DNA from: Flectonema sp. DT1601
Taxonomy: Eukaryota
DNA: 64,000 bases
Assembly (NCBI GenBank): GCA_964019425.1
Contig: OZ025793.1
Coordinates: forward strand, 124,001 to 188,000
Reading direction: 5' to 3'
Under the pieces are notes generated by a model that worked only from the letters and a program-made list of their open reading frames with translations, made no database searches and was not told the origin of the DNA. A program made the position numbers and the translations under genes. This document shows, one piece after another, positions 55,401-64,000 of this stretch. Numbering within the stretch: the stretch's first letter is position 1; every line of letters begins with the position of its first letter.

Positions 55401-55550
55401 AATAAAAATAAAAGGGCAAGAATAAAACCGAAGAAGGGGGGAAAAAAAAAGGCTAAAAAAAAAAAAAGGAGTTTTTTTTTTTTTTTTGTAAAAATCAATA
55501 CGGAATATTTTTAAAAAAAGAGAACAAAAAAAAAAATGGCATCAAAATCT

Positions 55551-56888
55551 TTAGCCAGATTCGTGACTAGCGTTAGCAAGTTTAACCGTGATGGGTAACA
55601 CACAACCAGGAGGTTTGTTGTTGTGAAGTGTTTTGATTGCTATATCAGCGCAAGCGGTTCCCTGTTTTATTTTTAGTGTTTTATGTTTTGTTTAAAATTC
55701 CTTAAGTCCTTAAGTTGCTTACATACCTGCACCCACACAAATCCAGACCTTCCTGTCTTGTCTGACCTCTTCCTGTCAAGTAAAACAACGTTCTCGATCT
55801 TTCCTCCGAAGCATGAAAAAAGATCGTATACTTTCCTGTTGTTTTTTTTTCGTGTTTTATAAAAGACATTATAATCACAATCACAGAGACTATTTAGAAA
55901 ACACATACTGTTCATCATAATCAGCTGGGAGGTTGGCGATGTAAAGTTTGAAAAACTGAGTCGCTGCTGTCTGTGCTGGAGTAGGAGTAACAGCATTCTG
56001 AAATAACGGAATTTGAACATCACTCATAAAAGGAACAATAGACTGCGCACTAAGAGGATCTACTTGAAGGTGATTAAATGGCATTGAAGGGTTAAAAATG
56101 TTTTGTTGATGAGCCTGCTGTTGTTGTTGATCTAATCCAGCAAGAGGAACACCAGCTGGTAATCCAGCAGCAAGAGGTGTTGGTGTTAATGGGATTTGAG
56201 AATTCTGTTGAAGACTAATTCCATTCGTGCTTATGACATTGGTTGCTGGATTAAGACTTCCTGCAACACCATTCACTGCCATTGGGTTGCCATTACCGTT
56301 GCCGTTAACACTGCCAACTGGTTTGCTCTTTGGTGGTTCTGCCCAACGAACAGTTAATCTCTGATCATCATCAAACAACTGATCAGAAAGGTTCTTCACA
56401 GCTTCCTCAGCTTCTCTTAGTTTAGAGTAAGTAATGAATGCAGATCTACGATCACCACGACCTCTGTTGTTAATCATGTAGCAGTCAGTAAGTTCTCCAT
56501 AGCTGCCGAATATTTCTTTAATATATTCCGTTGTTGATGTCGGTGGTAGGTTTGAAACATACAATTTAAAAGGAGGCTTTCTTGGAGTCTCATCAGTGAG
56601 TCCTCCTCCCTTAACGTCAGCCAACTTAATAGTAACTTTTTGATTATCACCGTCAGGGTACCAATCTTGTTTGTCTGCAACAGCTCTATGTGCCGATTCC
56701 ACTGATGAGAAGGTAACGAAACCAGATAATCTGCCTCCCCTTCCTTTTCTATTTAAGATGTGAGCTTCGACTATCTCTCCATAAACTCCAAACACCTCCT
56801 TGAGATAATTAATTGTTGCGGTTGGTCCCAAATTTGCGGCGTACAACTTACGCTTTTGGTGTGCAGCAACTCTTCCGCTTTCAGCCAT
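55551..56888 (-). CDS. RNA-binding protein with three RRMs (CELF/ELAV-like layout); 3 exons (56888-55909, 55835-55727, 55661-55551)
   Basis: RNP2/RNP1 pairs KLYAANL/SGFVTF, KLYVSNL/SAFITY and KLYIANL/SGFVWV. Introns 55908-55836 and 55726-55662 (GTATGT...AACAG) complete RRM3 in frame, ending ...PITVKLANASHESG*. Confidence 0.92.
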
Positions 56889-57738
56889 TTGCGATATGTA
56901 TTTCTTGTAGTAGTATCCTTTTATGAAATGAATTAATTTACATAGACGGAAGTAATGTGAGTGGTAGTTATTATTTTATGTTTTCTATTTTTTAAAGTGA
57001 GGTGTAAGAATCAGCTACAACTACACAAGGAACTAAACCCACTACCAGGTCTTTCATTCAGAGAATTGTGTTTTTTTTTTTTTTTTTTTTTTTGGAGCTT
57101 TTTTTTTTCCTTTAATTATTTCTCAATTTTTTCCATAAAAAACAACCCACACACACAGGATATGAATCCCGTGGAAATGTTACATACGTTGGCACAGCTA
57201 ACTGTGTTTCAGAAAGCGATATCAATAGAACAGCCAGGATAAACAAACTAACTGATTTCTGGTAGGGTGGTGCAGAGACTCTACTAATTCATTCGGTGTC
57301 AAAAAAATAGCAAGAATATTGTTTCCTCGACCTATTATCAACCCTGATGATTACATTTTAGTAGCCATTATTGTTTAAGGAACAAACGCATTCCTTATAA
57401 CAGGAAAGCTGCTGTTTAGCTTTCTGTTCTCTTTATAGCACCCGACCAACCAGTGAGCAAGTAGCAAACCTCTAGTTTCTTTGTTTTTTTTTTCTTTTGT
57501 CCATGCAGTGTAAGGGACGTAGAATGTATCTACGAAAACGATCTCTCTCAGACGCGTGGCGGCGGTTAATCACTCGTTAGTAGGACCGCAGTCACCAACT
57601 AGGAGGAGTTTAGTTTCGAACTGTCGACGAGATAAAAGTAAATAACTACTTCAGAAAGTAGTTCAGTCGAATTGGTAGACTTCCTTCACCTCGTTGAGTA
57701 GTCTACTGTCATTCAGTCAACAGGGGGGTCAGAAGTGA

Positions 57739-58521
57739 CTACATCTTCGACATCCAGGGAGTACTTTTAATACAAACTTTAAACCCGCGTTCTTTTAGAA
57801 GTGGTGTTTCTGTGTTACTGACTACTAACAAGAACCCTCCACCTGCTCCTGAAAACAAACATCCTTCATACTCATCACCTGTGAAAGGAGTGTACCATTT
57901 CTTTGAGTATTCGGGTACTGTTTCTGGAAGGATTCTTGACCATCCTGTCATTGTGCCAGTGAGTCCTTTTCCGAGGAGAGTCGCATCCTTTTTAACAATA
58001 CCATCCCAGGCCATGGTGCTGGAATCAGCGATTTGTTTGGCGTTTTCTGGAGTAAAGTTTTTAACTTTCAACGGATTGTAACCATCAGGACGAGATGGAA
58101 GTGGAATCAACCACAATACTTTCTCAAGCCACGAAACGGTCTCTGGATCGGAAATTGTCGTAATATCACTCGGCCAATACTTCCCATCGTAGTGTAATCT
58201 TGATATTCCTGGTAACATTAATCCGAGAGCATCCTGACTTCCTGAAACATATTTACAATCAATTGGGTTCTCACAATTAAATAAAAATCTCGCTAAGTCA
58301 GTTGGTTCTTTCGCAGGAGGTTTACCTCCATTATCAGTACCCCACAAGGATATTCCAACACTCCTGGTGGAGGTCGCTAATCCAGATCTTGTTTTAAACA
58401 TTTGATGTGGATGGATATTAACAACAATAACTGGACCAGGGCTGAGTTTAGAACACCATGGTTGGTCTAGCCATCCCCCTGCTAAACATATCCTCCAAGG
58501 GAAATGATACAAATCACTCAT
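57739..58521 (-). CDS. GHMP-kinase-like protein, resembling the C-terminal domain of Bacteroidota cytidylyltransferase-fusion proteins
   Basis: PWRICLAGGWLDQP (GHMP motif 1), RSGLATSTR (motif 2), VSGSQD and C-terminal SGAGGGF (motif 3). Confidence 0.8.
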   Translation of the reverse strand: MSDLYHFPWRICLAGGWLDQPWCSKLSPGPVIVVNIHPHQMFKTRSGLATSTRSVGISLWGTDNGGKPPAKEPTDLARFLFNCENPIDCKYVSGSQDALGLMLPGISRLHYDGKYWPSDITTISDPETVSWLEKVLWLIPLPSRPDGYNPLKVKNFTPENAKQIADSSTMAWDGIVKKDATLLGKGLTGTMTGWSRILPETVPEYSKKWYTPFTGDEYEGCLFSGAGGGFLLVVSNTETPLLKERGFKVCIKSTPWMSKM

Positions 58522-58666
58522 TTGATGTGTACAGTGCTGTAATTTTAGATAAGATTACTACACATTCACTTTAAAAAGACTTAATCACATGAGGTGAAGT
58601 CATTTGGTGTGTTGGATTATCTAAATGAGGATTCAACTAAAGTTGTTCTCTCTGTTCAAGTAACTC

Positions 58667-59626
58667 TTAAAACAGATCAACAATCGTAACGTCCGGAGGA
58701 CAAAATATTCGAGCAGATGAGTGAGTGCCAATACCCCTGGAGACTACTAAAGTCACATCATTGGAAAGGTGATGTTTGCCGAAGGAATATTTCCAATTGT
58801 TAACAACATTCGCAACCCTCGATAACCAAAACGAGCGGGATATTCGAAACAAAGAAATTAATTTTTGTACATGCGCGAGAACAGGATAGCCATTCGGATA
58901 GCATATCTGACCTCCATGTGTGTGACCAGACATCACTAAAACACTACCACTGTCACGATTAGATCCTCTGTATTCAGCAACCCACTGAGATATAATTGAA
59001 GCAGTGTCAGGATTATGACTCAGTATTAATACACGACAATGTGGTAGTGCTTTACTTAGTCCTTCTTCAACTGCTTTCTTTGCGCCAGACCACGTGGGGC
59101 TGTAGTAGTCAGCAAGACCAATTATAACAATATCTGTACCTTCTATTTCAGTTTTTATTGATGAATTCAATAACACGGTAACACCGACGTCTTTAAGATA
59201 GCCGCTAATTAGTGAAGGGTTGCAGGAGTCGTGGTTTCCTAAGGAGGCGTAAATTGGGGTTTTGGTGTGGTGGTTGGCTGCTGATATCAGTCTATGAACC
59301 CACCTGTTAGCAAACAATTGACAAGGTTTGGGATCTCTGTTGACGTAGTCACCAGTTAATACGATCAGGTTAGGTTTATTACTTTCAATTGCGACAACAG
59401 ATTTTTCCAAAGCCTTTATTAAAAAATCTGCTTCATTATTGTCGTAGTGAATGTCTGTTAGCTGGGCTATTCTGATGGGGGTGGTGTTTTGTCGTCGAGG
59501 AATTTCATATTTTTTTATTTCAATATTTTCAGAATTTGATCGCAACCATCTCTTAACTAAAACAAAACCACAACCAACAGCAACAGCAGCTGCGCTGACT
59601 GCCAGCCCTGTTGTCGTTGGAGACAT
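58667..59626 (-). CDS. Calcineurin-like metallophosphoesterase (YkuE/YaeI type) with N-terminal membrane anchor
   Basis: Metal-binding motifs QLTDIH, LTGDYV, LGNHD, LSHNPD, SGHTHGGQI and VSRGIG..R..CPP. Confidence 0.92.
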   Translation of the reverse strand: MSPTTTGLAVSAAAVAVGCGFVLVKRWLRSNSENIEIKKYEIPRRQNTTPIRIAQLTDIHYDNNEADFLIKALEKSVVAIESNKPNLIVLTGDYVNRDPKPCQLFANRWVHRLISAANHHTKTPIYASLGNHDSCNPSLISGYLKDVGVTVLLNSSIKTEIEGTDIVIIGLADYYSPTWSGAKKAVEEGLSKALPHCRVLILSHNPDTASIISQWVAEYRGSNRDSGSVLVMSGHTHGGQICYPNGYPVLAHVQKLISLFRISRSFWLSRVANVVNNWKYSFGKHHLSNDVTLVVSRGIGTHSSARIFCPPDVTIVDLF

Positions 59627-59847
59627 TAGATTGTCGATCCTGTTTAAAAAAAATAATAATCACTTCCCATACAACTCCTAACTTCCTATTGTACGTAATG
59701 AATAACGATACCAAACTGTGTAAAAAAAAAACAGTTTTATCATTATCTTTTTATGTACATCACATAAACAAAGAACCGACTACTGGTTCTGCAGAACAGC
59801 TGAACAATGAACCCATCCATAGTTGGGTGATTATATAAAACAAAATT

Positions 59848-59883
<36 letters not shown>

Positions 59884-59930
59884 GAATACAAAAAATGTTC
59901 TCTCAATGACTTCTTTATATTGGGTGATTT

Positions 59931-61928
59931 CTATTCTTTAAGTTGAGAGTTGACCACATCACCATGAGAGGTGTCAGACCCAACTTGGCTGTCATGAAGC
60001 TTCCACAAGACTGGAGTCGTGATCAGACTCAGTGATGTAATACCGAGTAAGAAGAAATAAAGCTCATTTGAGATAATACCAGCTGCTTTACCATGAGCCG
60101 CAATGACGAATGAGAATTCAGATAACTGTGACAACCCCAGAGAAACCATACTCGATTGGTACGGAGGAAGACGACAACAATAATGAAATATAACATAACC
60201 CACTATATATTTCATAGAAACAATCAGTAGAGTAATCGCTACTAATGGTACGATTTCTCGAACTAAAAAAGAAGGATAGATGTGAAATCCAATAGAAGTA
60301 AAGAACAAACAAACAAACAAATCTTGCAGAGGTTTGAGAATCTGTCTAACCTCTTGCTGATACTCTTCCGCAACACTAAACGACAGTCCGATGCAGAAGC
60401 TTCCAACCTCCATTGAGAGCCCAAGCATCTCAGATACGTACATTACTGAAAAACAAGAACTTAAAATTGATAATAATAAAAGTTCTTGTTGTCCTGAAAA
60501 ATATGTGAAAATTAATTTTACCAAGGGTCCTCCCAACGTCAGGGAAGCAAAACATAAAATACCTAAACTTAATAATATTTGAACCACTACAACAGACCCA
60601 TCCCTCTCTTCCCACTGGTCAAGAAGAGGAATAACAGCAATCATCAGTCCAAGACAAACATCTTGAACTACAAGACTACCTAATAATACTTCTCCATGAG
60701 TTGATTGCAAGTCTTTTTCAGTAAGACATTTCAATGCAACAGCAGTGCTTGATAGCGTAATGCAAAATCCTAAAACAACACCACCAGCTCCATATTGACC
60801 TGAATACAATATCATCATGGTAACCCAAGATAAACCAACAACAATTAACATATACAGAAGAGCTCCAATTACAGCAGTTTTCCACACTTGCATTAGACGT
60901 TCTAGTGAGAACTGAACTCCCAATAAAAACAACATTAAATAAATACCAAACTGAGATAAGGTTTCAATCTGAACGAGATTTCGAAGAACTCCCATTTCTA
61001 TCGGCGACAGTAAAATCCCAGCAGCGATGTATCCAAAAAACAATGGTAGTCGTAGAGCATTACTCACCAGACCGAATAAGAATGCCGTACAAACAATTAT
61101 TATTATATCAACAACAAGATTCTTATCTTCAAAGTGAATAGATGAATCGTGTGGCATTGCTAAAACGTATTTATTGTTGTTGTGATCAATTAAAGTAGAA
61201 ACAATATTACTGTCATCGTGGTGGGAATCATGGATGACGTGACCTCGTATTTCCTCCATTCGTATGACAGTCTCAACTGTTGATGACTTATCGTGTTGTT
61301 TAGCGCGAGATCTCGCTTGAGACCAACTGCTGTTGTGATTTAGTTCTAATTTTATTTGTGATATAACTTTACCGAGTTCGTGATCCATCAGACCAACGAA
61401 TTGATTTACTTTTGTTGTTTTATTCGTTGTTTTTATTGTTTTGTTTTGAAGTTCCTCAGTCGCTTCAATGGAAAGAAGCTCCTCAAAGTCTTCGTGAGCT
61501 TCGATGCTCTTTTCTTGAAGTTCTGTAAGTCGGTTTTGCAGTCTTGATTTGATTGCAGTTATGGTTAAGTTTTGCATGAATGTTTCGAGGGAGAGTGCTT
61601 TATACATTATTCCTTCTTCCATTTCACCAAGGAGACGGTCTATTAAGTCTCGTCTCTTTCCTGAGTGTGACTTTCCTAAGTATTGGATTAGTTTGTGTTT
61701 ACTTAGTAGAATTCGTCTTAGAACTTTTATATCTTTAACAAATTTTTTATTAAATTCTTTTTCAGATTTTTTCATTGATTGCAGATCCCTTTCAGGTTTT
61801 GACTGAACAATCTCACTAGACTCAGTTTGAACCGGAGTAAACGACACTGACGCAACTACGAAGTAAAACACCAAAACAGATACGCCTCCCACCAACCGAT
61901 GCACCAGACTCCGCTGGTGTGTAGCCAT
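59931..61928 (-). CDS. TMCO3: CPA2-family K+(Na+)/H+ antiporter, TMCO3/KEA4-6-like
   Basis: N-terminal coiled coil, LIDHNNNKYVL, GYIAAGILLSP, LVQIETLSQFG, LSSTAVALK, LVVQDV.LG, LSQLSEFSFV and about 12 TM helices. Confidence 0.85.
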   Translation of the reverse strand: MATHQRSLVHRLVGGVSVLVFYFVVASVSFTPVQTESSEIVQSKPERDLQSMKKSEKEFNKKFVKDIKVLRRILLSKHKLIQYLGKSHSGKRRDLIDRLLGEMEEGIMYKALSLETFMQNLTITAIKSRLQNRLTELQEKSIEAHEDFEELLSIEATEELQNKTIKTTNKTTKVNQFVGLMDHELGKVISQIKLELNHNSSWSQARSRAKQHDKSSTVETVIRMEEIRGHVIHDSHHDDSNIVSTLIDHNNNKYVLAMPHDSSIHFEDKNLVVDIIIIVCTAFLFGLVSNALRLPLFFGYIAAGILLSPIEMGVLRNLVQIETLSQFGIYLMLFLLGVQFSLERLMQVWKTAVIGALLYMLIVVGLSWVTMMILYSGQYGAGGVVLGFCITLSSTAVALKCLTEKDLQSTHGEVLLGSLVVQDVCLGLMIAVIPLLDQWEERDGSVVVVQILLSLGILCFASLTLGGPLVKLIFTYFSGQQELLLLSILSSCFSVMYVSEMLGLSMEVGSFCIGLSFSVAEEYQQEVRQILKPLQDLFVCLFFTSIGFHIYPSFLVREIVPLVAITLLIVSMKYIVGYVIFHYCCRLPPYQSSMVSLGLSQLSEFSFVIAAHGKAAGIISNELYFFLLGITSLSLITTPVLWKLHDSQVGSDTSHGDVVNSQLKE

Positions 61929-62944
61929 TTTTAAATATGCATGTTCCTATACAAAATAGTAATAAATTAATACCAGATACCATAATCCTACTTAAAATAG
62001 TCATTTTGCGAACCCTTCAATTGATTTATTCTGTATAAAGTTTAAACATATAAATAATTAATACAAAAAAAAAAAATTGATTAACGCAAAAATACAACAA
62101 TAGGGTCGTTTGTATAATCGCTAGCAATGAGCTAAGCCGATTTGGGGTATTATTTTTTTTTTTTTTATTATATTTTTTTTTTTGCCTCAAGAAAAAATTG
62201 TAACTAAAAAAGCAGAGATAAGTCTATTGAGAAGTTGAGTTATAAATAAACTAAAAAAAAAAAATATATGATTTTTTTAGTAGTCATTCAACCGTCATAT
62301 ATGAGTCTCAATTGTTAGTTAGCATAGCAAAGGAAGAAGAGGGAAAAAAAAAAAAGAAGAGTGGGAAAAGTATTTAAAAAAAAAAAATATAAAAAAATCA
62401 AACTCAGCTTTTTAAAAGCAGAATAGATTTTCAATAGCATTTTTCAGTGCAAACTGTCTCGTGAATAGTTTGATCGATTTTTTTTTTTTTTTTTTTTTTT
62501 TTTCACAACCTGAAAACACTATATGTTGGGAAGCCTCACACAACAACTGTGATTCCATATCATGAAATAATCAAAAAATGAGCGATAAAGGAATTCGAGC
62601 ACAGCACGAATACCCACACAAAAAACAGACAAAGTGCTATAACTAGGAATAAAAGACTATTTAACCAACCTTTACTTCAAAAAAAAAAAAAAAAAAATAA
62701 TTTCGTATTTCAATTTTTTTTCAAAAAAAAGATTTACTGTTGGATGTCTTTATTATCCCTCGTTACATATTTACACCGAATTCTGTTATTGTGCAATGAC
62801 TCAGCTCTTCGACCAGACAATCGCAATGCTACGTTTGAACCAATAGTTGGTAACCTACTAAAAAGAGATAGCAAAAAAACACGCGCACTTGACGGAGTAA
62901 GATAGGTAGTGAACCTGATCGTTTGTTTGTTTGTTTTTGTTTAA

Positions 62945-63556
62945 TTATGCGAGCTTGGCACCAATTGCCCCTCCAGGATGATTTTTTTTAAATTCCGACG
63001 GAGTCATATTTTGTAATTCTGCCACCTTTCTGATAATACAGTTAGCGATAGACTCCTGTAAGACGACTGTTGTGGTTGGTATTGTTCCTAGAGGTTCTGT
63101 CGATGATCCCAAAGAGTAAAGTAATGGAAATTCAGGTGACAGAGGAGCCTCATCATTTTGAGTAATTAAAGCAACCTTAACATCAGGTTGTCTGACTCTG
63201 ATCGCAGCAACAGCATTTGTGACTTCAACAGTCTTACCAGAGTGACTGAGTGCAATTACTAATGGATTTGATGTTAATTCCCCTAAGTCACCATGAACCC
63301 ATTCAGAAGCGTGTACATAAGTACATCGAATGCCTAATGATCTTAGTGAAACACTTAAACGTTCTCCAACTTTTCCACTTTTACCAACACCGGTCGTGAC
63401 AACACAGTTCTTTCTCTCAAGCACACAGTCAACCATCGATGCCATCACGTCTTTGCGATCTTCTACTACTTTTAAAGTTGCTTCAAGAGCGTTAATATCT
63501 TCCTTTATACTTCCTGACATGACGCAGCATCTTCTTAGGAAGTGTGACCGAAGCAT
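62945..63556 (-). CDS. KdsD/GutQ/KpsF-like SIS-domain sugar-phosphate isomerase lacking CBS domains
   Basis: VVTTGVGKSG, HASEWVHGDLG, LSHSGKTVE, PTTT and FKKNHPGGAIG; possible mitochondrial presequence MLRSHFLRR. Confidence 0.9.
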   Translation of the reverse strand: MLRSHFLRRCCVMSGSIKEDINALEATLKVVEDRKDVMASMVDCVLERKNCVVTTGVGKSGKVGERLSVSLRSLGIRCTYVHASEWVHGDLGELTSNPLVIALSHSGKTVEVTNAVAAIRVRQPDVKVALITQNDEAPLSPEFPLLYSLGSSTEPLGTIPTTTVVLQESIANCIIRKVAELQNMTPSEFKKNHPGGAIGAKLA

Positions 63557-63764
63557 TGCTGAGTCAAAAAATTATTCCACCCGTCTAATCATAAAATACA
63601 AGCATTCTAAAACTACAGCAATGCAGCGATTTGTTCTAAAATAGAGAACTGTTTTGTTACGTTTACAAAAAAAGAGGGAAAAAAAAGAAAAATGAAAAGG
63701 AAACGGAGAATCAGTTATCTACCGAAAACATGAAACAGGGTAACAATAGTTATGGTTATGCTTA

Positions 63765-64000
63765 TTAATTGATGTCAGGGAAAACTGATTTTCCAGGTGG
63801 AAGTCCTCCCTGTGTGAGACAACAACGGTATCCGCTGTCACTGGCCGCAGCTAAGATCTTGTTACACGTAGAAGGTTCCAACCAAGGGTAGCCATATTTC
63901 AGAATAGCAGCAAGTAGACCTCCAAAGAAGGCATCACCAGCACCAGTAGCATCTGTCACTGAAGAGAGTTGCTTTGGAGGACGGAAGGTAATAGGATTAC
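63765..64000 (-). CDS. PfkB/ribokinase-family carbohydrate kinase, 3' end (truncated by window edge)
   Basis: PfkB signature VTDATGAGDAFFGGLL; the frame is open to position 64000. Confidence 0.88.
   Translation of the reverse strand, partial: NPITFRPPKQLSSVTDATGAGDAFFGGLLAAILKYGYPWLEPSTCNKILAAASDSGYRCCLTQGGLPPGKSVFPDIN

Overview
AT-rich eukaryotic nuclear DNA. About 24 credible protein-coding genes all lie on the minus strand, separated by homopolymer-rich spacers, with a few short (62-86 nt) GT-AG introns. The single-strand gene cluster, tandem snoRNA cluster with single-hairpin AGA-box RNAs and trypanosomatid-like proteins suggest a euglenozoan; the introns point to a diplonemid-like lineage (inference). 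Recognisable genes are ETFDH, TMEM94, RAD54, a TMCO3/KEA-type antiporter, a Ser/Thr kinase with an inserted CAP-Gly domain, kelch, LRR, ankyrin, NT-C2 and 3xRRM proteins, and a right-end group of bacterial-type sugar-phosphate enzymes (PfkB kinase, KdsD-like SIS isomerase, metallophosphoesterase, GHMP-like kinase). The most notable observations are: (1) a surface protein built from four aerolysin/pertussis-toxin (APT)-like domains; (2) a ~1.05 kb tandem repeat at 38.0-40.2 kb that resolves into a polycistronic small-RNA cluster; (3) a two-copy structured element at 33.0 and 44.5 kb whose G-U pairs all favour the transcribed strand; (4) cis-introns with A/C-rich rather than polypyrimidine 3' ends. 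All family assignments come from motif recognition by eye, without database searches.
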